Assembly: GCF_000155895.1 (NCBI RefSeq)
Contig: NZ_DS995298.1
Span: 840,001-872,000, forward strand
Direction: 5' to 3'
Length of the DNA: 32,000 nucleotides
From: Candidatus Pelagibacter sp. HTCC7211
Lineage (GTDB): Bacteria; Pseudomonadota; Alphaproteobacteria; Pelagibacterales; Pelagibacteraceae
The notes beneath the pieces are model-generated. The model had not been told where the DNA came from and searched no databases. It worked only from the letters and a program-made list of their open reading frames with translations. The position numbers and the translations under genes are program-made. Within the stretch, counting starts at the first letter, position 1. Each line of letters opens with the position of its first letter. Shown one piece after another: positions 11,081 to 20,553 of this stretch.

Positions 11081-11744
11081 TCCAGTAGGTTTCAGATTAG
11101 GTGTTAATAGAGGTTGGGACTCTGTTTGGTACGCAAAGAAAAAAGATTTTGGTAATTACCTAATAGAAGACTTTAAAATAAGAGAATACATCAAAAAAAA
11201 TGTAATTAACTCAGGTGTTTCTAAAGTTATGATCGAAAGAACTTCTAATAAGTGTTATGTGACTATTTATACATCAAGACCAGGATTTGTCATTGGTAAG
11301 AAAGGTAGTGATATTGATAAAATTAAGAATAATCTGTCAAAATTTACTACAAATGAAGTAGCGTTAAATATTAAAGAAGTTAAAAAACCTGAAACTAACG
11401 CATATTTAGTTGCAGAAAATATAGCTCAACAACTTGTTAAAAGAATTTCATACAGAAGAGCGATGAAAAGAGCTATGCAATCATGCATTAGATTAGGTGC
11501 TAGAGGAATTAAAGTTTCTGTCAGCGGAAGATTGGGTGGAAATGAAATAGCTAGAACCGAATGGTTAAGAGATGGCAGTATACCTTCTCACACACTAAGA
11601 GCGGATATTGATTATGCAGAGGCAGAAGCCTTAACCACTTATGGAATTATAGGTATTAAAGTTTGGATTTACAAAGGTGAAGTATTTGCAAGAGAATTTA
11701 GCCAAGAAACAAATAAAATAACACCAAAAGAGGGTAAAGAATAA
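11064..11744 (+). CDS. rpsC: 30S ribosomal protein S3
   Basis: 226 aa starting [13 protein letters not shown], with the KH-domain sequence [16 protein letters not shown] lies 5 nt upstream of the ATG, inside rplV. Confidence 0.98.
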   Translation: MGQKVNPVGFRLGVNRGWDSVWYAKKKDFGNYLIEDFKIREYIKKNVINSGVSKVMIERTSNKCYVTIYTSRPGFVIGKKGSDIDKIKNNLSKFTTNEVALNIKEVKKPETNAYLVAENIAQQLVKRISYRRAMKRAMQSCIRLGARGIKVSVSGRLGGNEIARTEWLRDGSIPSHTLRADIDYAEAEALTTYGIIGIKVWIYKGEVFAREFSQETNKITPKEGKE

Positions 11745-12154
11745 TGCTTCAACCAGTACGAACTAGATGGAGAAAAGCTCATAAAGGTAGAATTCATGGT
11801 ACGGCTACCCGTGCGAGTTCTATTAATTATGGTGCGTATGCACTTAAAGCCTTACAACCAGAACGTATTACAGGAAAACAAATTGAAGCTGCTAGAGTTG
11901 CTTTAACAAGACACATGAAGAGACAAGGTAGAGTTTGGACTAGAGTATTTCCAAATGTACCAGTTTCAAAAAAACCTATAGAAGTTAGAATGGGAAAAGG
12001 TAAAGGAAACCCTGAATTTTTTGCATGTAGAGTTAAACCAGGTAGAATTTTATTTGAAGTTGATGGTGTTTCTGAGCAAATATCTAAAGAGGCATTGTAT
12101 AAAGCTTCAGCAAAGCTGCCCATTAAAACAAAAATAATTAAGAGATACGCATAA
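11744..12154 (+). CDS. rplP: 50S ribosomal protein L16
   Basis: 136 aa starting [21 protein letters not shown] junctions on both sides. Confidence 0.98.
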   Translation: MLQPVRTRWRKAHKGRIHGTATRASSINYGAYALKALQPERITGKQIEAARVALTRHMKRQGRVWTRVFPNVPVSKKPIEVRMGKGKGNPEFFACRVKPGRILFEVDGVSEQISKEALYKASAKLPIKTKIIKRYA

Positions 12155-12345
12155 TGAAAAAGCAAGAAATTAAAAAATTATCTAAAGATGAAGTTGTGAA
12201 AAATATTGATAAACTAAAAAAAGATCTTTTTAATTTTAGATTTCAAAAAATGAATTCTCAAGTTACAAATCCAGCAAAAATTGGTGAAACAAAGAAAACA
12301 ATAGCAAGATTAAAAACTATATTAAAAGGAAAGATTAATGCCTAA
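12154..12345 (+). CDS. rpmC: 50S ribosomal protein L29
   Basis: 63 aa with [11 protein letters not shown]. Size and position are canonical. Confidence 0.95.
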   Translation: MKKQEIKKLSKDEVVKNIDKLKKDLFNFRFQKMNSQVTNPAKIGETKKTIARLKTILKGKINA

Positions 12346-12574
12346 AAAAATTTTAACAGGTGTAGTCATAAGTGACAAACCAAACAAAACAGTGACTGTA
12401 ATGGTAGAGAGAAAATATTCACATCCGGTTTTGAAAAAAGTAATTAAGGTGAGAAAAAATTACAATGCTCATGATGAAAATAATACTTTTAAAACTGGTG
12501 ATAAAGTATCAATTATAGAGAGCAAGCCTTTCTCTAAAAATAAAAAATTTCAAGTTATGGAGAATACAAAATAA
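12338..12574 (+). CDS. rpsQ: 30S ribosomal protein S17
   Basis: 78 aa with [20 protein letters not shown]. The start overlaps the rpmC end by 8 nt. Confidence 0.96.
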   Translation: MPKKILTGVVISDKPNKTVTVMVERKYSHPVLKKVIKVRKNYNAHDENNTFKTGDKVSIIESKPFSKNKKFQVMENTK

Positions 12575-12942
12575 TGATCGGTGTACAAACAGAATTACAA
12601 GTTGCAGATAATACTGGAGCAAAAAGAATTGAGTGCATTAAAGTTCTTGGTGGCTCAAAAAGAAGATATGCAAGTATTGGAGATACTATAGTTATAGCTG
12701 TTAAAGAAGCTATACCTAAAGGTAAGGTAAAAAAAGGAACAGTTCATAAAGCTGTAGTAGTAAGAGTAAAAAAAGGTATCCATAGAAACGATGGATCTAA
12801 AGTAAAATTTGATAATAATGCAGCTGTGCTTGTTGACGATAAAGGTGAACCAGTAGGTACAAGAATTTTTGGGCCTGTAACAAGAGAACTGAGAAGTAGA
12901 GGGCAAATGAAAATAATTTCATTAGCACCGGAGGTTTTATAA
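12574..12942 (+). CDS. rplN: 50S ribosomal protein L14
   Basis: 122 aa starting [17 protein letters not shown]. Confidence 0.98.
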   Translation: MIGVQTELQVADNTGAKRIECIKVLGGSKRRYASIGDTIVIAVKEAIPKGKVKKGTVHKAVVVRVKKGIHRNDGSKVKFDNNAAVLVDDKGEPVGTRIFGPVTRELRSRGQMKIISLAPEVL

Positions 12943-12944
12943 AA

Positions 12945-13190
12945 ATGATAAAAAAAGGTTTAAAAGTAAGAGTTTTAACTGGAAAAGATAAGAAAAAAGA
13001 AGGTGAAGTAATTGAAATTGATAGAACTAACAATAGAGCAAAAGTTAAAGAGATCAACATGGTAAAAAAACATGTTAAGACGACAAAGGAAAAAAAAGGT
13101 GGAATTGTATCGAAAGAAAGTTTTATTCATTTATCAAATTTAAAACTAATCGATGATAAGGCAGTTAAAAAAACAGAGGCTAAAAAATAA
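12945..13190 (+). CDS. rplX: 50S ribosomal protein L24 (short form, 81 aa)
   Basis: KOW-type N-terminus [15 protein letters not shown], followed by NMVKKHVK...GGIV. Canonical position. It is noticeably shorter than the usual ~100-aa L24. Confidence 0.93.
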   Translation: MIKKGLKVRVLTGKDKKKEGEVIEIDRTNNRAKVKEINMVKKHVKTTKEKKGGIVSKESFIHLSNLKLIDDKAVKKTEAKK

Positions 13191-13744
13191 TGACACCTAG
13201 ATTAAAAGAAATTTTTAGTAAAGAAATTCAACCTGCTTTAAAAGAAACGCTTGGTTTGAAAAATATCTATATGGCGCCTAAAATTGAAAAAATTGTATTA
13301 AACATGGGACTTGGACTAGATGGCGCAGATTCTAAAATTTTAAAGGCATGCGAAGAAGATATGGCTAAAATAACTGGACAAAAACCAGTTATTACAAAAT
13401 TTAAAAAGTCAGTAGCAAACTTTAAGACAAGAAAAGGCTCTAATGCTGGTTTAAAAGTAACTCTAAGAAAAAACAAAATGTACGAGTTTATAGATAGACT
13501 TGTAAATATTGCATTACCAAGAATTAAAGATTTTAGAGGACTTTCTTCAAAAGGTTTTGATAAATTTGGTAATTATACTTTTGGAATTAAAGAACATATC
13601 ATATTTCCAGAAGTAAGCTTTGATAGAGCTGATAAAGTGAGAGGACTAGATATTGTAATAGTAATTAAGGCATTAAATAAAGATCATAGTTTTGCTTTAT
13701 TAGAAAAAATGAATTTTCCATTTATTAAAAAAGGAGACAATTAG
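13190..13744 (+). CDS. rplE: 50S ribosomal protein L5
   Basis: 184 aa with GNYTFGIKEHIIFPE and RGLDIVIV. Confidence 0.98.
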   Translation: MTPRLKEIFSKEIQPALKETLGLKNIYMAPKIEKIVLNMGLGLDGADSKILKACEEDMAKITGQKPVITKFKKSVANFKTRKGSNAGLKVTLRKNKMYEFIDRLVNIALPRIKDFRGLSSKGFDKFGNYTFGIKEHIIFPEVSFDRADKVRGLDIVIVIKALNKDHSFALLEKMNFPFIKKGDN

Positions 13745-13746
13745 AT

Positions 13747-14052
13747 ATGGCTAAGTTAAGCGCTGTAAATAAAAATAAAAGCAGAATAAAACTTTCTGAC
13801 AAATTATTTAAAAAAAGACAAAGTCTAAAAAAAATAGTTATGAACAAAAAACTTCCATTAGAAGAAAGATTTAAAGCACAACAAAAACTTTCTCAACTTC
13901 CAAGGAATTCAGCTAAAACAAGAGTTATGAACAGATGTGAAATAACTGGCAGACCTCATGGCGTATATAGAAAATTAAAGATTTCAAGAATTGCATTAAG
14001 ACAACTAGGATTACAAGGAAAGATACCGGGCTTGGTTAAATCAAGCTGGTAG
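13747..14052 (+). CDS. rpsN: 30S ribosomal protein S14 (long, non-zinc form)
   Basis: 101 aa with RCEITGRPHGVYRKLKISRIALR and a C-terminal W. It has only one Cys, so it is not the zinc-ribbon short form. Confidence 0.96.
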   Translation: MAKLSAVNKNKSRIKLSDKLFKKRQSLKKIVMNKKLPLEERFKAQQKLSQLPRNSAKTRVMNRCEITGRPHGVYRKLKISRIALRQLGLQGKIPGLVKSSW

Positions 14053-14064
14053 AAAGGAATAATT

Positions 14065-14460
14065 ATGAGTTTAAGTGACCCAATTGGAGATATGATAGCA
14101 AGAGTTAAAAATGCTCAAGCTAGAAATCATAAAAAAGTAGAATTACCCTCTTCAAATTTTAAATCAAAGATTGCTGATATACTTAAAAACGAAGGGTTTA
14201 TTAAAGATTTTAAGATTAATGCTGTAGATAAAAAACCAACATTATCATTAGAACTAAAGTATCATTCTGGAAACCCAGTTATTAGCGCTTTTGAAAGAGT
14301 ATCAAAACCTGGTAGAAGAATTTTTTCAAGCGCTGAAGGTCTACCGAAAATTAATAATGGTCTTGGGATCGCAATAGTTTCAACACCAAAAGGTGTGATG
14401 ACAGATATAGATGCAAGAAAACAACGTGTTGGTGGCGAAATAATTTGTAAGGTATTTTAA
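14065..14460 (+). CDS. rpsH: 30S ribosomal protein S8
   Basis: 131 aa with SDPIGDMIARVKNA. AAAGGA lies in the 12-nt spacer upstream. Confidence 0.97.
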   Translation: MSLSDPIGDMIARVKNAQARNHKKVELPSSNFKSKIADILKNEGFIKDFKINAVDKKPTLSLELKYHSGNPVISAFERVSKPGRRIFSSAEGLPKINNGLGIAIVSTPKGVMTDIDARKQRVGGEIICKVF

Positions 14461-14999
14461 TGTCTAAAATTGGTAAAATAAGTATTTCTATTCCTGAAAA
14501 AGTCAAAGTTGCTTTAACCGGTAATATGATAAACATAGAGGGACCACTTGGAAAAAAATCAGTAAATATTGATTTAGATATGTTCAATTTAGACATCCAA
14601 GAAGGTAAAGAAATTTCAATTAAACCAAAAGAAATAAATCAAAACTCAAAAAGATTGTGGGGTATGAATAGAAGTTTGATCAATAATGCTGTTATAGGTT
14701 CTAGCACTGGTTATGAAAAAACGTTAGAACTTGTAGGAGTAGGTTATAGAGCAGCTCTTAAAGGCAACCAATTAAACCTTCAACTAGGATATAGTCATGA
14801 TATTGATTTTGATATACCAGAAGGAATTAAAATAGCCGTAGAAAAACAGACTACTCTCAAAATTACAGGCTCAGATAAACAACTAGTAGGGTCTGTTGCA
14901 TCTAAAATAAAAACATTTCGAAAAATAGAACCTTACAAAGGTAAAGGAATTAGAGAAAAGGGACAATATGTTCTTAAAAAAGAAGGAAAGAAAAAATAA
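14460..14999 (+). CDS. rplF: 50S ribosomal protein L6
   Basis: 179 aa starting [12 protein letters not shown], with GVGYRA and EPYKGKGI. Confidence 0.97.
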   Translation: MSKIGKISISIPEKVKVALTGNMINIEGPLGKKSVNIDLDMFNLDIQEGKEISIKPKEINQNSKRLWGMNRSLINNAVIGSSTGYEKTLELVGVGYRAALKGNQLNLQLGYSHDIDFDIPEGIKIAVEKQTTLKITGSDKQLVGSVASKIKTFRKIEPYKGKGIREKGQYVLKKEGKKK

Positions 15000-15355
15000 T
15001 GAAACTAAATACTAGTATTAGAAAAAGATTTAGAGTTAGCAATAAAGTTAAAAAAGTTGCTCCTAAAGATAGATTTAGATTATGTATTTCAAGATCTTCA
15101 AAAAATATTTCTGCACAAATAATTGATGATGTTAAAAAGATAACTTTATTATCATCATCATCAATCGATAAAGATATGAAAGGTGGAGATAAGGTTAGCA
15201 AAACTGAGTTATCAAAAAAAGTTGCAGCTAATCTTGCAAAAAAAGCTCAGGAAAAAAAAATTACCAAAATTTTTTTTGATAGAGGTATTTATAGATACCA
15301 TGGAAGAGTTAAAGTATTTGCTGAAACACTACGTGAAAATGGAATGGATTTTTAA
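14999..15355 (+). CDS. rplR: 50S ribosomal protein L18
   Basis: 118 aa with [23 protein letters not shown]. Confidence 0.97.
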   Translation: MKLNTSIRKRFRVSNKVKKVAPKDRFRLCISRSSKNISAQIIDDVKKITLLSSSSIDKDMKGGDKVSKTELSKKVAANLAKKAQEKKITKIFFDRGIYRYHGRVKVFAETLRENGMDF

Positions 15356-15357
15356 TT

Positions 15358-15873
15358 ATGGATAATTTTAAAGATAAAAAAACTGACGATATTTTAGAAA
15401 AATTAGTTCACATTAACAGAATTACCAAAGTTGTAAAAGGTGGACGTAGATTTGGATTTTCTGCATTAGTCGTTGTTGGTAACCAAGCTGGTAAAATAGG
15501 TATTGCTCATGCTAAGGCTAAACAAGTTCCTGATGCTATTAAAAAAGCAAATGAAATGGCAAGAAGAAAATTAACTCATATTCCTCTTAGAGAGGGTAGA
15601 ACAATTCATCATGATGTTAGAGCAAAAGATGGTGCTGGAAGAATTGTTTTAAGAGCAGCATCTAAAGGCACTGGAATTATAGCAGGTGGCCCAGTTAGAG
15701 CCGTTTGTGAAGTATTAGGTGTTAAAGATATTGTTGCAAAGTCTATGGGTACATCAAATGCTCATAATGTTATTAGAGCAACAATGAAAGCTTTGTTAAA
15801 ACAAAATTCGCCAAAACAAATATCATCAATAAGAAATAAAAAGATTTCTGAGATTGTGGAAAAAAGAGGATAA
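15358..15873 (+). CDS. rpsE: 30S ribosomal protein S5
   Basis: 171 aa with INRITKVVKGGRRFGFSALVVVGN. Confidence 0.98.
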   Translation: MDNFKDKKTDDILEKLVHINRITKVVKGGRRFGFSALVVVGNQAGKIGIAHAKAKQVPDAIKKANEMARRKLTHIPLREGRTIHHDVRAKDGAGRIVLRAASKGTGIIAGGPVRAVCEVLGVKDIVAKSMGTSNAHNVIRATMKALLKQNSPKQISSIRNKKISEIVEKRG

Positions 15874-16325
15874 TGATTACTTTAAATACAAAACAAAAGA
15901 TTAATACATCTAAAATGAGAGTTGGCAGAGGTATTGGCTCTGGAAAAGGCAAAACATCTGGAAGAGGTGTTAAGGGTCAAAAATCTAGGTCAGGTGTAGC
16001 AATTAAGAGTTTCGAAGGTGGTCAGATGCCTTTATACAGAAGACTTCCAAAAAGAGGTTTTAATCCTATTTCAAAACAGAACATTGCGATAATGAATTTG
16101 GAAAAAATTCAATCTTATATTAATGAAAAAACCATAAATCCTAGTGATATTATTAATATGGAATTATTAAAAAAATTGAAATTGATAAATAAAAATTCCC
16201 AAAAATTAAAAATATTAGGAACAGGCGAAATAAAAGATAAAGTTAATATAGAAGCGGATTTAGCCTCTAAATCAGCAATAGAAAAACTAGAAAAAATTAG
16301 TGGATCTATTCAATTAAAAAAATAA
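15873..16325 (+). CDS. rplO: 50S ribosomal protein L15
   Basis: 150 aa with GRGIGSGKGKTSGRGVKGQKSRSG. It starts on the last base of the rpsE stop, so no rpmD lies between them. Confidence 0.97.
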   Translation: MITLNTKQKINTSKMRVGRGIGSGKGKTSGRGVKGQKSRSGVAIKSFEGGQMPLYRRLPKRGFNPISKQNIAIMNLEKIQSYINEKTINPSDIINMELLKKLKLINKNSQKLKILGTGEIKDKVNIEADLASKSAIEKLEKISGSIQLKK

Positions 16326-16334
16326 TTAGCCAAA

Positions 16335-17615
16335 ATGAGTTCTTCATCATCAACCAATGATTTAAGAAATAGAATATTATTCACTATATTTATACTCGCG
16401 GTTTACAGATTTGGAACTTTTGTTCCGCTTCCTGGAATCGATCCAGAACAGCTTAAAATTATGATGGAAGGTAATCAAAAAGGATTACTTGGTATGTTTA
16501 ATGTATTTGCAGGAGGTGCAGTTAGCAGAATGGCAATTTTTGCATTAGGTATAATGCCATATATATCTTCAGCTATTATTGTTCAATTGATGACTGGTGT
16601 TTCTGAATATTTTAAAAATTTAAAAGCACAAGGAGAAACAGGAAGAGCAAAAATAACTCAAATTACTAGATATGGAACTGTATTATTAGCAACATTACAA
16701 GGTTATGGTTTATCTGTTGGATTAGAGTCATCTGCAGATTTAGTTATTAACCCAGGAGTTTTTTTTAAATTAACAACTGTAACAACAATTGTTGCAGGAA
16801 CAATGTTTTTAATGTGGTTAGGTGAACAAATTACACAAAGAGGTATAGGTAATGGTATTTCTTTAATTATTTTTGCTGGTATTGTTGCTGAAATTCCTCG
16901 TGCTTTAGTGACTACTTTTGAACTTGGTAGAACTGGCGCTGTTTCAACATTCATGATTTTAGCAATTTTTGTTTTATTAATTTTAACAATTCTCTTTGTT
17001 GTTTTTATGGAAAGAGCATTAAGAAAGATATTAATTAATTATCCAAAAAGACAAATGGGAAATAAAATGTATGGAGGTGAATCGTCACATTTACCACTAA
17101 AAATTAATCAAGCTGGAGTAATACCAGCAATTTTTGCATCAGCACTTTTATTATTACCGGTAACTTTTTCAAATTTTTCATTTTCTAATAATGAAACATT
17201 TTTAAATTTAAGTTCTTATTTTACACAAGGTCAACCTTTGTATATGTTGTTATATGCGTCAGGAATAATATTTTTTACATTTTTTTATACAAACATTACT
17301 TTTAATCCTACTGAGACTGCAGACAACTTAAGAAAGTATGGTGGTTTTGTTCCAGGAATTAGACCAGGTGAAAGTACAGCTTTATACATAGAAAATATTT
17401 TAACAAAATTAACAACGATTGGCGCACTATATTTAACTTTAGTTTGTTTATTACCAGAGTTTTTAATTGCAAATTATCCAATACCTTTTTATCTAGGTGG
17501 AGCTTCAATTTTAATTGTTGTAGTGGTTGCTATTGATACAGTAACTCAAATTCAAACAAGATTAATGAGTTCTCAATATGAACAATTAATCAAGAAAACA
17601 AAATTTGGTAAGTAA
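16335..17615 (+). CDS. secY: Preprotein translocase subunit SecY
   Basis: 426 aa, polytopic membrane protein with LRNRILFTIFILAVYRFGTFVPLPGI and FALGIMPYISSAIIVQL. Canonical position after rplO. Confidence 0.97.
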   Translation: MSSSSSTNDLRNRILFTIFILAVYRFGTFVPLPGIDPEQLKIMMEGNQKGLLGMFNVFAGGAVSRMAIFALGIMPYISSAIIVQLMTGVSEYFKNLKAQGETGRAKITQITRYGTVLLATLQGYGLSVGLESSADLVINPGVFFKLTTVTTIVAGTMFLMWLGEQITQRGIGNGISLIIFAGIVAEIPRALVTTFELGRTGAVSTFMILAIFVLLILTILFVVFMERALRKILINYPKRQMGNKMYGGESSHLPLKINQAGVIPAIFASALLLLPVTFSNFSFSNNETFLNLSSYFTQGQPLYMLLYASGIIFFTFFYTNITFNPTETADNLRKYGGFVPGIRPGESTALYIENILTKLTTIGALYLTLVCLLPEFLIANYPIPFYLGGASILIVVVVAIDTVTQIQTRLMSSQYEQLIKKTKFGK

Positions 17616-17617
17616 AA

Positions 17618-18181
17618 GTGAATATTATTTTATTTGGGCCTCCTGGCGCAGGTAAAGGCACACAATCTAAATATCTAGTAAATAAACTAAATAATTTTCA
17701 AATATCAACAGGTGATATTTTGAGAGATGAAATTAAAAAGAATTCAGATATTGGTAAACAGATAACAAACGATATGAATGATGGAATTTTCATAAGTGAT
17801 GATATTGTTAATGAGCTAGTAGAAAAATTAGTCAACGATCCCCAAAAAAAAGATAGATTTATATTTGATGGATATCCAAGATCATTAAGTCAGGCTAAAA
17901 ATTTAGATGATTTATTAAATAATTCAAATCAAAAAATTGACCATATTTTTTTTCTTAATGTAAACAAAGAAACAATCATAAAAAGAATTGAAAAAAGAAA
18001 AGTTTTAGAAAATAGGTCTGACGATGATATGAATACAATTATAAAAAGGTATGATACATATATGGAAACGACGAAACCTGTTCTAGATTTCTACTCTAAG
18101 AATCCAAATTTTCATGAAATAGACGGAACACAGGAAATTGATGAAATAACAAGGAAAATAGACAATTTTATCAATGTTTAA
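17618..18181 (+). CDS. adk: Adenylate kinase (short-LID type)
   Basis: 187 aa with P-loop FGPPGAGKGTQ and ISTGDILR. GTG start at 17618. Only about 5 residues lie between RIEKRK and RSDD, where long-type Adk carries its LID insertion. Confidence 0.95.
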   Translation: MNIILFGPPGAGKGTQSKYLVNKLNNFQISTGDILRDEIKKNSDIGKQITNDMNDGIFISDDIVNELVEKLVNDPQKKDRFIFDGYPRSLSQAKNLDDLLNNSNQKIDHIFFLNVNKETIIKRIEKRKVLENRSDDDMNTIIKRYDTYMETTKPVLDFYSKNPNFHEIDGTQEIDEITRKIDNFINV

Positions 18182-18185
18182 GGCG

Positions 18186-18213
18186 TTGACTTTAGATAAT
18201 CTTCTTATATAAA
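18186..18213 (+). promoter_or_regulatory. Candidate promoter for rpsM-rpsK-rpoA-rplQ
   Basis: TTGACT (18186-18191), 16-nt spacer, then TATAAA (18208-18213, 5/6 match to TATAAT), in the 56-nt adk-rpsM spacer. Sequence pattern only. Confidence 0.4.
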
Positions 18214-18237
18214 AGGCACAAATTTATCACAAAAATT

Positions 18238-18621
18238 ATGGCTCGTATCGCAGGTATTAACATCCCACAAAATAAACTTGTTCACATAGGACTTACTTAT
18301 ATTTATGGAATAGGTGACAAATTTTCAAATCAAATATGTTCTTCACTTGAAATTCCTAGAGCTAAAAGAATAAACGAATTGACAGACGATGAAATATTAA
18401 AAATTAGAGAATACATTGACCAAAATTTCAAAGTTGAAGGTGATTTGAGAAGGGATTATTCGCTTAGCATTAAAAGATTAATTGATCTTGCGTGCTATAG
18501 AGGAACTAGACATAGAAAAAAATTGCCTGTCAGAGGTCAAAGAACTAGATGTAATGCTAGAACAAGAAAAGGTAAGGCGATTGCAATAGCAGGAAAAAAA
18601 TTAACTCCAACTAAAAAATAA
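18238..18621 (+). CDS. rpsM: 30S ribosomal protein S13
   Basis: 127 aa starting [10 protein letters not shown], with [26 protein letters not shown]. Confidence 0.98.
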   Translation: MARIAGINIPQNKLVHIGLTYIYGIGDKFSNQICSSLEIPRAKRINELTDDEILKIREYIDQNFKVEGDLRRDYSLSIKRLIDLACYRGTRHRKKLPVRGQRTRCNARTRKGKAIAIAGKKLTPTKK

Positions 18622-18623
18622 TT

Positions 18624-19073
18624 ATGGCTAAAGCTGATAAAGTTGAAAATAAAGATCAGAAGGTAGAAAAATCTTCAAAGAAAAGTAATAAAAGTTCTTA
18701 TTCGAAAAAGAAAAAAATTAAAAAGAATATTTTAAATGGTATCGCTTACGTACAATCTACATTCAACAATACGATAATTTCAATTGCCGATACTAATGGC
18801 AACGTAATATCATGGGCTTCTGCAGGACAAAAAGGATTTAAAGGTTCAAGAAAATCTACTCCATATGCAGCTCAAATTGCTGCTGACTCTGCAGCCTCAA
18901 AAGCTTTAGAGTATGGAATGAAAACATTATCAGTTGAAGTTAAAGGACCTGGTTCAGGACGTGAAACAGCTTTAAGAGCATTACAAGCTAGAGGTTTTAA
19001 GATCTTATCAATAAAAGATACTACGCCAATGCCTCATAATGGAACTAGACCACCAAAAAAAAGGAGAGTTTAA
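18624..19073 (+). CDS. rpsK: 30S ribosomal protein S11 (with Lys/Ser-rich N-terminal extension)
   Basis: 149 aa with [18 protein letters not shown] and a C-terminal [16 protein letters not shown]. About 36 residues precede the conserved core, versus about 18 in the E. coli-type protein as I recall it. Confidence 0.97.
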   Translation: MAKADKVENKDQKVEKSSKKSNKSSYSKKKKIKKNILNGIAYVQSTFNNTIISIADTNGNVISWASAGQKGFKGSRKSTPYAAQIAADSAASKALEYGMKTLSVEVKGPGSGRETALRALQARGFKILSIKDTTPMPHNGTRPPKKRRV

Positions 19074-20101
19074 TGGAAGTCGAAAATGTAAATGTAAAAA
19101 ACTGGAAGTCACTAATTAAACCATCAAAATTAGATGTACAAATTAGTGATGATTTAACTCATGCGAAGATAATCGCAGAACCATTAGAAAAAGGTTACGG
19201 ATTAACTTTAGGTAATTCACTTAGAAGAATTTTGTTATCATCTATTAGAGGTGCAGCTGTTACTTCGATCCAAATTGATGGAGTTTTACATGAGTTTACT
19301 TCAATTAAAGGAGTTAGAGAAGATGTAACTGATATAGTGTTAAACGTTAAATCTTTAGCATTAAAATCTAATTCAGAAGGTACTAAAAAATTAGTTTTAG
19401 ATGCCAAAGGACCTGGTGAAATTAAAGCTTCTGATATAGCTCCTGTAGCTGATGTTGAAATTCTAAATCCAGATTTAGTTATATGTAATCTTGATGAAAA
19501 TACTAATTTCCATATGGAAATGAATGTAAATACTGGAAAAGGATACGTTCCTGCAGATTTAAATAAACCAGAGGAGCCACCTTTAGGTCTTATTGCGATA
19601 GACTCATTATATAGTCCAGTTAAAAAAGTTTCATACTCAATAAGCACCGCAAGAGAAGGTAAAGCATTAGACTATGACAAATTAACTATGGAAGTTGAAA
19701 CTAACGGGGCAATCTCTGCAGAGGACGCAGTGGCCTATTCTGCAAGAATTTTTCAAGATCAATTGAAAATGTTTGTTAATTTTGATGAGCCTGTAGAAGC
19801 ACCGGTTAAAGAAGTTTCGACAGAACCTGAGTTTAATAAAAATTTACTGAGAAAAGTTGATGAACTTGAACTATCAGTAAGATCTATGAATTGTCTTAAA
19901 AATGATAATATAATTTATATTGGTGATTTGGTGCAAAAATCTGAAGGAGAAATGTTAAGAACTCCAAATTTTGGAAGAAAATCTTTAAATGAAATAAAAG
20001 AAGTTCTAACTGGAATGTCTCTCTACCTGGGTATGGAAATACCAAATTGGCCGCCAGATAATATAGCAGAAATGTCCAAAAAATTAGAGGAAGCTATCTA
20101 A
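19073..20101 (+). CDS. rpoA: DNA-directed RNA polymerase subunit alpha
   Basis: 342 aa. The N-terminal domain has [20 protein letters not shown]. The C-terminal domain has [22 protein letters not shown]. It directly follows rpsK, with no rpsD between. Confidence 0.98.
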   Translation: MEVENVNVKNWKSLIKPSKLDVQISDDLTHAKIIAEPLEKGYGLTLGNSLRRILLSSIRGAAVTSIQIDGVLHEFTSIKGVREDVTDIVLNVKSLALKSNSEGTKKLVLDAKGPGEIKASDIAPVADVEILNPDLVICNLDENTNFHMEMNVNTGKGYVPADLNKPEEPPLGLIAIDSLYSPVKKVSYSISTAREGKALDYDKLTMEVETNGAISAEDAVAYSARIFQDQLKMFVNFDEPVEAPVKEVSTEPEFNKNLLRKVDELELSVRSMNCLKNDNIIYIGDLVQKSEGEMLRTPNFGRKSLNEIKEVLTGMSLYLGMEIPNWPPDNIAEMSKKLEEAI

Positions 20102-20544
20102 TGAGACACGGAATGGCAAATAAGAAGTTAAATAGAACTTCTGAACATAGAAAAGCTCTTTTAAAGAATATGTTAAATTCTTTGATTAAATATGAGCAGA
20201 TCAAAACTACTTTGCCAAAAGCTAAATTCTTAAAACCGCAAGCTGATAAAATTATTACACTAGGTAAGAAAGAAACATTGCAAACAACAAAAATGCTCGT
20301 TTCTCAACTTCAAGATATAAAATCTGCAAACAAAGTAAAAAAAACACTTTCAAAAAGATATGAAAAAAGAAATGGTGGATACACAAGAATTATAAAGGCT
20401 GGGTTTAGATATGGTGATAATGCACCTATGGCAATTATAGAGTTTGTTGATAGAGATGTTGAGGCTAAAAGAGTAGATAAGCCAAAAAAAGATACTACTA
20501 AAGAAACACAAAAAGCTGAAGAAAAGAAACAAGCAACAGCATAA
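20101..20544 (+). CDS. rplQ: 50S ribosomal protein L17
   Basis: 147 aa starting [24 protein letters not shown], with GGYTRI. It has a Lys/Glu-rich C-terminal tail. Confidence 0.97.
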   Translation: MRHGMANKKLNRTSEHRKALLKNMLNSLIKYEQIKTTLPKAKFLKPQADKIITLGKKETLQTTKMLVSQLQDIKSANKVKKTLSKRYEKRNGGYTRIIKAGFRYGDNAPMAIIEFVDRDVEAKRVDKPKKDTTKETQKAEEKKQATA

Positions 20545-20553
20545 TCTTTAATC

